64,000 nt of DNA, from positions 909,970 to 973,969 of the forward strand of contig CAVOUW010000002.1 in the NCBI GenBank assembly GCA_963699705.1, read 5' to 3'. Both the position numbers and the translations under genes were made by a program. This DNA is from an uncultured delta proteobacterium (GTDB lineage: Bacteria > Desulfobacterota > Binatia > Binatales > Binataceae). Below, one piece after another: positions 18,350 through 28,215 of this stretch. Under the pieces are notes generated by a model. The model had not been told where the DNA came from and searched no databases. It saw nothing but the letters and a program-made list of their open reading frames with translations. How positions within the stretch are numbered: position 1 is the stretch's first letter; the number at the start of each line of letters is the position of its first letter.

Positions 18350-19237
18350 TCATAGTTGTAGCTGCGGCAGGAGCAGGTTCATTTGAAATCTCAACGCAAA
18401 TTGCTCGGTCTGGGTAGAAAACTGCCGATAGGCCATCCATTCGCCGGAGAAGGACGTGTCGATCGCGTAACCTTCACCGAATTTCCAGACCTTCCCGAAT
18501 CCTGCGCTAAGCGGTATTTGCGTCGAAGTGTTATGACGCCAGTTGATTGTCCAGGTGGCGTCACTCGACTTTACATACCACCCGCGGCCTAGCTGATAGG
18601 AGAGCATCGGTTGAATCTGCAGTGAACTTTGCGGCACCGAATGCGACGACGAGTAAGCAAACGAAGTAGCCTGCTGAAAGAGTCCCGCAATATTCAATCC
18701 CGGAATTTTCCGGTACGAGAACGCCCAAGCCGGACCCATCTGCCATGCGCCTTTGCCGGTGAACTCGCTGGTCGAGGTCGGAAATATAAAATAGGGTCCT
18801 ACTCCCCATCGGAAGCGAGTCTCCTTTTCGTTCGGCCACGGCATCACGAACAGGTCCAGAAGCTGGAAGTCGTCGAGCGCGGTAGTTGTGGTCGCGCCCT
18901 TGTTGCGCGGAACCGTCACGACCTGAATCGACGGACGGATAAGCTGCTCGAGCGGCGTGAACAATTGTGGCCGAACCGCCAGCAGCGGCCGAATTTGCAG
19001 CGTGTTCGGCTGCGCATTCGTGCCGTACTCGGAAGGGTAGTAGATGTCCTGGATCTTGAACTGAGTCAGCGACGCAGTCGGATCGTACTCCTTCTCAGCC
19101 AGCCCTTCCTCGGTGAGATTTGGTGACGCGCTCTGCTGGGCGAGAGCTATGGAACACCCCGCGAACAGCAATAGAACTGCTACGCCGAAAGCGAACGATC
19201 GCCTCAACTCAATCTCCACATCGCAACAAGCCCTCAT
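18350..19237 (-). CDS. Outer-membrane beta-barrel protein, paralog of 5947..6795
   Basis: Signal peptide; shared motifs GKGAWQMGPA / IQPMLSYQLGRGWY. Confidence 0.55.
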   Translation of the reverse strand: MRACCDVEIELRRSFAFGVAVLLLFAGCSIALAQQSASPNLTEEGLAEKEYDPTASLTQFKIQDIYYPSEYGTNAQPNTLQIRPLLAVRPQLFTPLEQLIRPSIQVVTVPRNKGATTTTALDDFQLLDLFVMPWPNEKETRFRWGVGPYFIFPTSTSEFTGKGAWQMGPAWAFSYRKIPGLNIAGLFQQATSFAYSSSHSVPQSSLQIQPMLSYQLGRGWYVKSSDATWTINWRHNTSTQIPLSAGFGKVWKFGEGYAIDTSFSGEWMAYRQFSTQTEQFALRFQMNLLLPQLQL

Positions 19238-19299
19238 CAGAGTCGGTCTGCGCTTCTGCTAACTACCGGTAAATTTGCTTTGGGTCCAGCAGAGCGTTG

Positions 19300-21504
19300 T
19301 CAGCGATCTTTGACGTCGCCAATAGCTTTATGAATGGCGGCGAGAAGTACTGCTTTCTTCACCGGCTTGGCGACGTGCGCATCGCATCCCGCGTCTTGCG
19401 CTTTCTTTAGCGCCTCGACGAGGACCGAAGCAGTTAGTGCGATTATGGGGACGCGACTTCGTCCGGAATCGCGTTCGATATCGCGGATCGCGCGAGTTGC
19501 CATGTAGCCGTCCATCACCGGCATCTCGATGTCCATCAAAACCACGTCATAGGTCTCGGTCTTGAACTTCTCGACCGCCACCGCACCGTTTTCGGCGTCG
19601 TCGATAGAGTATGGCAACTTCTTGAAGTAGGCATGGACTAGCGCAAGATTGTCGCGAGAATCGTCAACCAGCAGGACCTTCAACGGACGCGTCTCCTCGA
19701 ATACGTCGCTGCCAAAAGCCGAATCGACTTCGTTGTCGCTGGCTGAGGTATGCAGCGACACGGCTCCGGCGCCGCCGAGTGCCCGGCCCAGCGCTTTGAA
19801 GAGAGCGGCGCGCCTTATCGGTTTGATCAAGTAGGTCTGGATGCCCACTTCCCGTGCGCGCTTCATCATTCCGCCCAGGTCATCGGAAGTGAGCATCATG
19901 ATTATAGGACGGTCGCCCGCCGGGAGTTCTCCGAGTCGAATCTTTGCCGCTACTTCGATCCCGTCCATCTCCGGCATCCGGCAATCAAGCACCACCGCGC
20001 GATAGGACTCGCCGGATGCAGCGGCGCGATCGATTTCGTCCAGGGCAGCCTGCCCGCTCTCGACACAGGTTACATTGACTCCTATCGAAGTGAGCGCCTG
20101 TTGGAGGATCATTCGGTTCGCCTCAGTGTCATCGACGACCAGGATGCGTGTGCCCGCAAGATCGACATTGGTGACAGCCGGCGCGGCGGTTACATGATCC
20201 AGGTGAGTCTTGAATTCCGCGGTGAAGATGAAAGTGCTGCCTTTGCCGACCTCGCTATTGACAGTTATCGCGCCCCGATACATCTCGACCAGCCGCTTAA
20301 CGATCGTGAGACCGAGCCCGGTTCCTCCATAGTTTCGCGTGGTCGAGGAATCGGCTTGGGTGAAGGCATTGAAAATTTTCTCGGTCTTGTCAGAGGAGAT
20401 TCCGATGCCGGTGTCGGTCACTGAAAAACGAATCAGGGTCGTACCCGATCCGCAATCCGCGCGCGCGACGCTGACACCGAGCACGATTCCCCCCTCGCTG
20501 GTGAATTTAACCGCATTGCCGAGCAGATTAACGATCACCTGGCGCAGGCGTAGAGGATCACCCACCAGCGTGCGCGGCACATCGGCGGCCACATGGCCCG
20601 TAAGCTCCAGGTGCTTCTGATGCGCGCGCAATCCCATTGTCTCGGCCACCGTATCGACCAGTTCGCGGATATCGAAGTCCACTTCCTCGAAGTTCAGATG
20701 TCCGCTTTCGATTTTGGCGAGATCGAGAATGTCGTTGATCAGATCGAGCAGAATGACGCCGTTGCTGCGTATGATATCCAGGTAATGACGTTGCTCGATG
20801 TTCAATTCGCCCTCGGACAACATGTCCGACATCCCAAGCACCGCGTTCATCGGCGTGCGAATTTCGTGCGACATGCTCGACAGAAAGTCGGACTTCGCTC
20901 GCGAGGCCTCCAGCGCCGCTTCGCGCGCATCGATTAGCTGACGCTCGGTCTCCTTGAGCGTACCGATATCGCGCGTGATCGTGATGCAGCACCAATGTCC
21001 GCGGAACTTGAGGTTGAGCGCTGAAATCAGGCCGCAGTATGTGCCGCCGTCCTTGCGCTTGAAGGTCGCTTCCAGATTCCGGACCACGCCAGCTCGTTTC
21101 AGCTCAGCGACCAACTGGCGGTTCTCGTCGGCGTTGGCGAAGGACGTGAGTTCCCGCGAACGTTTGCCGATCACATCTTCACGGCTGTAGCCGGTGTGCC
21201 GGATGTACTCCTCGTTGACGTCGATGTACCTGCCGGTCTCGAGATCGAGAATCATCATCGAGTCGAGATTCTGATCGAACAGCTGGCGCAACGCGGTCTC
21301 GCTTTCGCGCAACCTCGCTTCGGTCTCCGCAGCCTCGGCGATAATTCGATCGCGCTGCGCGACTTCCTGTTCGAGCCGAGCCTGCACCTCGTGGCGAGCA
21401 GCGATCTGCTCGGCCAGTTCCGCCCGGACTGCTTTCATTTCGTGTTCGGCGGTCTGGCCTCGGCTGATCTCATCCTCGGCGATATCGGTCTCGCTGCGTC
21501 CCAT
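19300..21504 (-). CDS. Hybrid sensor histidine kinase/response regulator (coiled-coil-PAS-HisKA-HATPase-REC-REC)
   Basis: H-box SHEIRTPMNAV; N/G-boxes; two DD…D…K receiver domains. Confidence 0.85.
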   Translation of the reverse strand: MGRSETDIAEDEISRGQTAEHEMKAVRAELAEQIAARHEVQARLEQEVAQRDRIIAEAAETEARLRESETALRQLFDQNLDSMMILDLETGRYIDVNEEYIRHTGYSREDVIGKRSRELTSFANADENRQLVAELKRAGVVRNLEATFKRKDGGTYCGLISALNLKFRGHWCCITITRDIGTLKETERQLIDAREAALEASRAKSDFLSSMSHEIRTPMNAVLGMSDMLSEGELNIEQRHYLDIIRSNGVILLDLINDILDLAKIESGHLNFEEVDFDIRELVDTVAETMGLRAHQKHLELTGHVAADVPRTLVGDPLRLRQVIVNLLGNAVKFTSEGGIVLGVSVARADCGSGTTLIRFSVTDTGIGISSDKTEKIFNAFTQADSSTTRNYGGTGLGLTIVKRLVEMYRGAITVNSEVGKGSTFIFTAEFKTHLDHVTAAPAVTNVDLAGTRILVVDDTEANRMILQQALTSIGVNVTCVESGQAALDEIDRAAASGESYRAVVLDCRMPEMDGIEVAAKIRLGELPAGDRPIIMMLTSDDLGGMMKRAREVGIQTYLIKPIRRAALFKALGRALGGAGAVSLHTSASDNEVDSAFGSDVFEETRPLKVLLVDDSRDNLALVHAYFKKLPYSIDDAENGAVAVEKFKTETYDVVLMDIEMPVMDGYMATRAIRDIERDSGRSRVPIIALTASVLVEALKKAQDAGCDAHVAKPVKKAVLLAAIHKAIGDVKDR

Positions 21505-21617
21505 TCTGAACCCAATTCTCCCGCGAGGACGGTTCTATCTCCTCGCGGTGAAGAATGAGCAACTGTCGTGCCTCGGAATCTGATAAAGCGGCAGGAAGAT
21601 CAGATGTTTTCTAAGCG

Positions 21618-22430
21618 TCAGGATGACGACGCGATCCGCTGATAGAGGAGGGCGGCGCCTGCGTAGATGGTCGCGCCGTTCTCGGCATCGCCGACGAACT
21701 CCGCGATTTGTTGCATCTCCGCGACCCACCGGTACGCCTTCGGGCGCATATCAGGAACCGCACGATCCATCCGCGCGAGAAAACTCGGCTGACTGCGCGC
21801 GAGCTCGGCACGCAGCGCGTCGGCGAGTCCTTCGCGTTCCGCAGCGCCCAGCATGGTCGCGCAAAGTGCGGTGAATCCCTTGGTTAGCCCGGCGTACGAG
21901 AGTTTCAAGCCCGACGCGGCGCCAACCGGACCGTCGAGAATCGCGATATCGAGACCATAGTCGGCCAGGCGCATGAGCAAATGCGCGTCGCTGCCGGACG
22001 CGTAGAAGCGCGGACCTTTGGCGGGGTCTTGAGTGCCGGCGACGGGCGGCCCTCCGATAATTCCAGCGTCGATGAAGGTCGTGGCGTCGAGGATGTCGTG
22101 GATACGCCGGCAGGTCGTGGGCGAGATCGCGTTGCACTCGACGAAGACAGGCTTGTTTCGCGCGCGGCCGATCGGCCCGCGCAAGCGCTCTGCAACTTCC
22201 ACCGCAACTCCCGGGGGAACGATCGAAAGGACGAAGTCCGCGCGCACAATCGAATCGTCATCGTTAACTACTTCGAGTCCAGCGCCGCGAACGCGCGCGA
22301 CGCTGTCCGCACTGCGTCCTGCGACCGACGTCACCACGCGCGCACCGGCTTCGCGCAATCTGCGTCCCACCGCGGCGCCCATCTCGCCCGCGCCAACGAT
22401 CGCAACCGTCACGGCGTCTCGATCGCTCAT
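21618..22430 (-). CDS. NAD(P)-binding 6PGDH-like dehydrogenase with DUF1932 C-terminal domain
   Basis: Rossmann motif VAIVGAGEMG at the N-terminus. Confidence 0.6.
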   Translation of the reverse strand: MSDRDAVTVAIVGAGEMGAAVGRRLREAGARVVTSVAGRSADSVARVRGAGLEVVNDDDSIVRADFVLSIVPPGVAVEVAERLRGPIGRARNKPVFVECNAISPTTCRRIHDILDATTFIDAGIIGGPPVAGTQDPAKGPRFYASGSDAHLLMRLADYGLDIAILDGPVGAASGLKLSYAGLTKGFTALCATMLGAAEREGLADALRAELARSQPSFLARMDRAVPDMRPKAYRWVAEMQQIAEFVGDAENGATIYAGAALLYQRIASSS

Positions 22431-22464
22431 CGGAGTACCCCTTGCAGAAATTGTGTGCGGAATT

Positions 22465-23605
22465 TCAGTAGCGGTTCAGGCGCGCAAGCCGGTCGGCATG
22501 AAAGTTCGAGTCGCCGAACAGTTCCTGGCATACGCGAACCCGCTTCATGAACAGCCCGATGTCGAACTCGTCGGTCATCCCGATGCCGCCATGCATCTGC
22601 ACCGCTTCATTCACGGCGAGCGTGGCGCTGAGTCCGGCGCGTGCCTTTGCCACCGACACGATCGCACTCGCGCGATCGTAAGAATCGTCGAGCGTCTGCA
22701 GCGCCTTGAGCACCGCCGCGCGTGTGACCTCGAGCTCGCAGTAGAGATGCGCCGCGCGATGCTGCAGCGCCTGGAATTCGCCGATCGCTTTGCCAAATTG
22801 TTTTCGTTCCTTCAGATAGGCGACCGTCCGGGCAAAAGCCTCTTCGCTCGCGCCCACCATCTCGGCCGCAACCGCTGCGCGGCCAACATTGAGCACGCCC
22901 TCGAGGACATCCCAACCCGCGTCGATCTTGCCGAGCACGCTATCGGCGCCGGCGCTCACGTCATCGAAAGTAATCCGCGCAGCGTTGTGCGTATCCACGG
23001 TTGAAGTCCGCTCGGCGCGAACGCCGGGCGCATTCGCGTCAACAATGAACATCGCCAGTCCATTTGTATCCCCTGCTTTACCCGAGGTGCGAGCAGCAAC
23101 GATCAGCAGTTTCGCGACGTGTCCATCAATCACAAAAGTCTTCGCGCCGCTCAGCTTGAACCCATTGCCGGCGCGCGTGGCCGTCATCGCTGTCTTATCC
23201 GGATGATGCTTCGCGGTTTCATCGACGGCCAAGGTCGCGATCAATTCGCCGGCGACAATTTTCGGCAGATAGTTTTTCTTCTGCTGGTCGGTGCCGGCGC
23301 GTGCGATCGCGCTCGCAGCCAAGAACCGCGGTCGAAAGGAAAGGGGAGGGTGTGAGATTGCGCCCCAGTTCCTCCATCACCACGCCCGCCTCGACGTGTC
23401 CGAGGCCGAGGCCGCCGTAGTCTTGCGGCACCAGGATTCCGGCCCAGCCCATCTCGACGAAGTTTTTCCATAGCGCGCGCGAGAATCCGTCGGCGTCGCG
23501 ATTGTCGCGCAGCGCACGCAGATGGGCGATCGGAGCGTTCTTGGCGAGGAAGCCGCGCGCGTTGTCGCGCAGCATCGTCTGTTCGTCGTTGAGAACCAGC
23601 GCCAT
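22465..23605 (-). pseudogene. Acyl-CoA dehydrogenase (second subunit of an adjacent ACAD pair), interrupted by a frame disruption near 23300-23325
   Basis: N-terminal ACAD domain in ORF 23219..23605 (MALVLNDEQTMLRDNARGF…) and the middle plus C-terminal domains in ORF 22465..23322 (…QMHGGIGMTDEFDIG…); the two are offset by one frame with about 100 nt overlap. Confidence 0.6.
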
Positions 23606-23611
23606 CAGCGG

Positions 23612-24793
23612 CTACGCACCTGGCAGGCCCAGTATGCGCTTGGCGATGATGTTGAGCTGAACCTCGCTGGTCCCGCCTTCGATCGAATTCGCCTTGGAAC
23701 GCAGCCACGCGCGCGCGCTGCGGCCCTCGCGCGAGCGCTCGCCTTCCCATTCCAGCGCGTCGGTGCCGCCAGCCGACATCACGAGTTCCATCCGGCGCTT
23801 GTTGAGTTCGGTGCCGTAGTATTTCAGCAGCGACGAGACCGCGGGATGAGCCTGCCCGACCTTGGCCATATCCCCCGCGCGATCCATTGTGAGTCGAAAC
23901 GCGAGCGCATCGATCTCGAATGTCGCGATCTGGCCACGGAGCGCGGTGTCCGCGAGCATCCCGTTGTCGGTGCCGACGGTGTCGGTCGCTATCTGGCCGA
24001 GCGATCGGTTTTCCGACGTGCTGCCCATCCCGCCGATCATGTCGCGCTCGTGCGTCAGCAAATATTTCGCGATGTCCCATCCCTTGTTGAGCTTGCCGAC
24101 GAGGTTGGCCTTCGGCACTAGCACGTCGTCGAAGAAAGTCTGGCAGAAGGGCGATGAGCCTGAGATCAGAATGATCGGTTTGGTCGAAACGCCGGCGCTC
24201 TCCATGTCGAACAGCAGGAAGCTGATGCCTTCGTGCTTGGGCGCGTTGGGGTCGGTGCGGACGAGGCAGAAAATCCAGTCGGCCTTGTCCGCGTATGAGG
24301 TCCAGATCTTCGAGCCGTTGACCAGGAACTGATCGCCCTTGTCCTCGGCGCGGGTTTGCAGCGATGCGAGGTCGGAGCCGGAGCCGGGCTCGGAGTATCC
24401 CTGGCACCATCGGATTTCGCCGCGGGCGATTTTCGGCAGATGCTCGCGCTTCTGTTCTTCGTTGCCGTACTTCAGCAGCGCGGGTCCGAGCATCCAGATG
24501 CCGAAGCTGTCGAGCGGCGAGCGGCAGTTGAGCGCGCGCATTTCCTGGCGCAGAATTTTGGCCTCGTCGCGCGAGAGTCCGCCGCCGCCGTACTCGCGCG
24601 GCCACTCCGGCACCGTCCAGCCTTTCGCCGCCATGCGTTCGAGCCATTGGCGCTGCGCGTCGGATTGAAATTTCCAATGCCGGCCGCCCCAGCAAGTGTC
24701 TTCTTCGGATTGCGTCGGGCGGCGCATCTCGGGCGGGCAATTCGCTTCGAGCCACGCGCGCGTCTCTTTACGAAAATTTTCAAGGTTTTCCAT
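23612..24793 (-). CDS. Acyl-CoA dehydrogenase (FadE-like)
   Basis: 393 aa; GYSEPGSGSD, catalytic-base region GGTSEVQ. Confidence 0.8.
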   Translation of the reverse strand: MENLENFRKETRAWLEANCPPEMRRPTQSEEDTCWGGRHWKFQSDAQRQWLERMAAKGWTVPEWPREYGGGGLSRDEAKILRQEMRALNCRSPLDSFGIWMLGPALLKYGNEEQKREHLPKIARGEIRWCQGYSEPGSGSDLASLQTRAEDKGDQFLVNGSKIWTSYADKADWIFCLVRTDPNAPKHEGISFLLFDMESAGVSTKPIILISGSSPFCQTFFDDVLVPKANLVGKLNKGWDIAKYLLTHERDMIGGMGSTSENRSLGQIATDTVGTDNGMLADTALRGQIATFEIDALAFRLTMDRAGDMAKVGQAHPAVSSLLKYYGTELNKRRMELVMSAGGTDALEWEGERSREGRSARAWLRSKANSIEGGTSEVQLNIIAKRILGLPGA

Positions 24794-24860
24794 AGCTACG
24801 TCTGGTGTTAATAGGTCTGGCTCCGCGATTCAAGTTCATTGCAGAGCGGCGCGCTGCTTT

Positions 24861-25757
24861 TCATTTTTTTTCGGCGGGCATGTCGAAGCCGCCGGATTCG
24901 GGGTGGTGGCCGTACATGTCGCCCTCGAAATATTCGGATTGATGGGTGGCTGGGCGGGCGCCCCATCCGTATTCGAACATCCAGCCTGACGGGTTGCGGA
25001 AATAGAATGAGTACATGTGATCGTTGGAGTGCTTGCCGGGATTAATCGTCACCGGGATTTTGTTTTTGCGGACGAGGTCGTAGGTCATGCCTACGTCGTC
25101 GAGGTTGTCCACCTCGATCATGATGTGGTTGAGGCGACGATCGCCGCCGGGGATTCCGAAAGCGACGCTGTGGTCGCGGTCGTTGCAATGCATGAAGACA
25201 AGATCGACGGTGCGTTTGCCGGCGTGAAATCTGTACTCGACGCCGCCGCGCATCCCGAGTTGCGTGTAGAAGCGCCGGGCCGCATCGACGTCGCCCTCGC
25301 GCACGATGCAGTGGCCGAGGCCGCCGGTGCCGGTTTTGAACCGCCCATGCATCGCGCGGCCTGGATGGAACGGCTTGGTGAATTGCGTCAGCGGGCCGTG
25401 AAAGATCTCGACTGGATTGCCGCCCGGGTCGTTGAGTTTGAGGACTTCGAGCACTCGACGCTCGTTGGCTTCGTCCTCGGAGCCGACGCGGAACTTTATT
25501 CCGGCTTCAGATAGTTGACGCTGCATTTGCGCGAATTCGTCGGCGCCGGCGACGCGGAGGCCAAGGTATGCGAGGTCGTCGCTGCCGTCATCATGCAGCG
25601 TGATCCGATGATGAAGGTAGTCCATCCGCAGGTAGCATCGATCGGCTTCGCCTTCGTCGGCCAGCTCGAATCCGACAATATTAGTTGCGAAATTTTTCCA
25701 CGCGTCGAGATCTTTCACTCCGACGCCGATGTAGCCCAACTCTGTTACCTGGATCAT
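24861..25757 (-). CDS. Type I (VOC) extradiol ring-cleavage dioxygenase (catechol/homoprotocatechuate 2,3-dioxygenase-like)
   Basis: Two-domain VOC protein, 298 aa; metal-ligand His/Glu context. Confidence 0.75.
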   Translation of the reverse strand: MIQVTELGYIGVGVKDLDAWKNFATNIVGFELADEGEADRCYLRMDYLHHRITLHDDGSDDLAYLGLRVAGADEFAQMQRQLSEAGIKFRVGSEDEANERRVLEVLKLNDPGGNPVEIFHGPLTQFTKPFHPGRAMHGRFKTGTGGLGHCIVREGDVDAARRFYTQLGMRGGVEYRFHAGKRTVDLVFMHCNDRDHSVAFGIPGGDRRLNHIMIEVDNLDDVGMTYDLVRKNKIPVTINPGKHSNDHMYSFYFRNPSGWMFEYGWGARPATHQSEYFEGDMYGHHPESGGFDMPAEKK

Positions 25758-25775
25758 ATTTTTCCCTCCTGGCGT

Positions 25776-26627
25776 TTATCGAGAGTCGTTGCGAACCCAG
25801 TCGGAACCCAGCGCGACGCGGCGCACCGAATCCGTATCAGTCGGCTGATGACCAACTTTATGCACGGGCGCGGGGGCTTCGACAACCTTGTTGGACAGGC
25901 GGCCGAGGCCGCTGACTTCCACTTCGACCAGGTCGCCGACATTCATGGGCCGCGAATTCTTCGGCGTGCCCGACAGTATGATGTCGCCGGGGAGCAGGGT
26001 GATGAAGCGGGAGAGGTCGGCGATTATGTAGTCAATCGGAAATAGCATTTCGGAGATAGCGCCTTCCTGTACCATCTTACTATTGATGAAAGTGCGCAAA
26101 GTGGATTTGCGAATGTCTATTCCACTGACTATTCCCGGACCAATCGGGCAGAAGCCGTCCTGACCCTTGACGCGAAGCATCGAGCCGGCGTCGGTGTCGC
26201 GATAATCCTGGCATCCGACGTCGTTGGCGGGCGCGAAGCCTGCGATGTAGTCCCAACTGTCTTCGCGACTGACGTTGCGCGCCGGCTGGCCGATGATGAC
26301 GCCGACTTCGCCTTCGTAGTTTAAATATTTGTGGCCAGCGGGGCGGCATAGCACGCCGCGGTGAGAATTCAGCGCTGTGACAGGCTTTTGGAAGTAGGTT
26401 GGAGTTTCGAGCATCGGCGCTTTGAACTCGACTCGGCGGGAGTCGTAGTTCAGATGAATGCATAGAATCTTGGTCGGGTCGCATGGCGGCAAGTAGGTTG
26501 CTTCGGAATCGGCGAGGTGGCGGCCGTCGCCGAGGAGGAGACGATCGCCGTCGGGGCGCACCCATTTTGGTTGTCCTTCGTGGAGGATTCGGCGCCATTC
26601 CTGTTTGGGGGCGGTTAGTACATTCAT
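25776..26627 (-). CDS. Fumarylacetoacetate hydrolase (FAH) family hydratase/isomerase-decarboxylase (HpaG/MhpD-like)
   Basis: FAH-family motifs (…EGE.GVIIG…; …PGD.I.SGTP). Confidence 0.75.
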   Translation of the reverse strand: MNVLTAPKQEWRRILHEGQPKWVRPDGDRLLLGDGRHLADSEATYLPPCDPTKILCIHLNYDSRRVEFKAPMLETPTYFQKPVTALNSHRGVLCRPAGHKYLNYEGEVGVIIGQPARNVSREDSWDYIAGFAPANDVGCQDYRDTDAGSMLRVKGQDGFCPIGPGIVSGIDIRKSTLRTFINSKMVQEGAISEMLFPIDYIIADLSRFITLLPGDIILSGTPKNSRPMNVGDLVEVEVSGLGRLSNKVVEAPAPVHKVGHQPTDTDSVRRVALGSDWVRNDSR

Positions 26628-26677
26628 TGAGTATTCTCCGATTAGTTAGTTGGTGAGAAGAGGAACCTCTCCCCTGG

Positions 26678-26700
26678 CCCCTCTCCCTTCTGGAGAGGGG
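26678..26700. repeat. REP-like hairpin, family C (CCCCTCTCC-N5-GGAGAGGGG); second copy at 62547-62569
   Basis: Perfect 9-bp stem; found adjacent to A or B elements. Confidence 0.6.
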
Positions 26701-26707
26701 AATAGGA

Positions 26708-26747
26708 ACCTAACCCCTAACCCCTTCCCGCGCGGGAAGGGGGACCG
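26708..26747. repeat. REP-like palindromic element, family A (CCTAACCCCTAACCCCTTCCC-N6-GGGAAGGGGGACCGG); other copies at 39691-39738, 43367-43399 (inverted), 44478-44516 and 44541-44578 (variant)
   Basis: Five intergenic copies with conserved stem arms ccccttcc/ggaagggg and variable loops. Confidence 0.7.
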
Positions 26748-26760
26748 GATAAATTATTTT

Positions 26761-28215
26761 TCATGCGAAGGAGCCTTTTAGGGCGGCTATGTTTTTTATG
26801 TCGCAGTAGAAATCGAAGCTCCAGGTGCCGCCTTCGCGGCCGATGCCGGAGTCGCGGCTGCCGCCGAAGGGGGCGGCGAGTTCGCGGACGAAGAAACAAT
26901 TGACCCAGACGGTGCCGGCGGTGATGCGACTGGCGATGCGCATCGCGCGTTCCTGATTTTTGCTGAAGACGACGGCGGCCAGGCCGTAATGAGTTCCGTT
27001 GGCGAGTTCGATCAGATCGTCTTCGTCGCGAAAAGTCTGCCAGGTCAGGACGGGGCCGAATACTTCGCGCTGCACGATCTCCATATCCTGCCGCGCGCCT
27101 TCGAGCAGGGTGGGTTCGAAGTATAGTTCACCGACGGTGGAACGCTTGCCACCCCAAACTGGCTTGACGCCGGACTTGAGTGCGCGATCGACAAATCCTT
27201 CGACGCGTTTGAAGTGCTCGGGCGTGATGAGCGGGCCGACGCGAGTGCTCTTCTCGCGCGGATCGCCGACTGTCATGTGCGCCGCCGCCGCACGAAACTT
27301 GCTTTGGAATTCGTCGGCAACCGACGCGTCAACCAACAGGCGAGTGCCGGCGAGACAAACCTGGCCCGCGTTGATGTACTGTCCCGCGGCAGTCTGCGCC
27401 GCGGCGTCGAGGTCGGCGTCGGCGCACACTATATAAGGAGACTTGCCGCCGAGCTCGAAACTGACGGGCGTGAGTGAGCGCGCGGTGGACTGGCCGATCA
27501 ACTTCGCGGTGTCGGTGGAGCCGGTGAAGCTCAGGCGATCGATGTCGGGATGCGCAGCGAGCGCAGCGCCCGCTTCTTCGCCGATACCCTGCACAATGTT
27601 CAGAACGCCGGCAGGGATACCGGCCTCGGTCGCAAGATCCGCCATCATCGAGCAGGTGAGCGGCGCCCACTCGGGCGGCTTGACGACGACGGTGTCACCG
27701 GCCGCGAGCGCGGGTCCGACTTTCCATGTCGTAAGCATGAAGGGGGCATTCCACGGCGTGATCAAAGCGGCGACGCCGGCTGGATCGTAGCGCACGTAAT
27801 TGACGACCTCGGGCGAATCGATTTGCTCATGGCCCAATTTCAGCGCGCGGTCGGCGAAGAACTCGATGTTAAGCGCGGCGCGCGGAATCACGCGCGCGAG
27901 ATTACCCATCAGCAACGATCCGTTGTCGGCAGTCTCGACCGCGGAGAGTTCTTTGGCATGATCGAGGATCGTTTGTGCGAATTTTTTCAGGACGCGATGA
28001 CGTCCGTCGGGTCCGAGTGCGGCCCATTTCGGAAATGCGCGGCGCGCAGCCGACACTGCTGCGTCGATCTCGGCGGAACCGCCACTGCTGACGTCGGCGA
28101 GATGTTTGCCGTCGATCGGCGAGCAGACTTCGAACGTCCGCTTCGACGCGACGCGCTTGCCGTCGATGAAGTGATCGGTCGATACGTCAACGCCGGCGAC
28201 TTTGGTGGTGTTCAT
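26761..28215 (-). CDS. NAD-dependent aldehyde dehydrogenase (ring-fission semialdehyde dehydrogenase-like)
   Basis: ALDH Glu/Cys active-site regions (ELGGKSP; …GQVCLAG…); start chosen at MNTTKV (RBS gggag), which overlaps the hpaB stop as ATGA. Confidence 0.8.
   Translation of the reverse strand: MNTTKVAGVDVSTDHFIDGKRVASKRTFEVCSPIDGKHLADVSSGGSAEIDAAVSAARRAFPKWAALGPDGRHRVLKKFAQTILDHAKELSAVETADNGSLLMGNLARVIPRAALNIEFFADRALKLGHEQIDSPEVVNYVRYDPAGVAALITPWNAPFMLTTWKVGPALAAGDTVVVKPPEWAPLTCSMMADLATEAGIPAGVLNIVQGIGEEAGAALAAHPDIDRLSFTGSTDTAKLIGQSTARSLTPVSFELGGKSPYIVCADADLDAAAQTAAGQYINAGQVCLAGTRLLVDASVADEFQSKFRAAAAHMTVGDPREKSTRVGPLITPEHFKRVEGFVDRALKSGVKPVWGGKRSTVGELYFEPTLLEGARQDMEIVQREVFGPVLTWQTFRDEDDLIELANGTHYGLAAVVFSKNQERAMRIASRITAGTVWVNCFFVRELAAPFGGSRDSGIGREGGTWSFDFYCDIKNIAALKGSFA

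Noticed and set aside
26708-26730. The CCTAACCCCTAACCCC motif resembles eukaryotic telomeric (CCCTAA)n repeats
   Set aside because: Only about 2.5 units, and always embedded in a hairpin-forming bacterial REP-like element in an intergenic position. There is no tandem array and no chromosome-end context.
28212-28215. The ALDH N-terminal extension (start at 28434) implied by the ORF track
   Set aside because: An internal ATG at 28215 with an RBS gggag gives a canonical ALDH N-terminus (MNTTKVAGVDV…). The upstream 73 codons are Arg-rich off-frame sequence overlapping hpaB.
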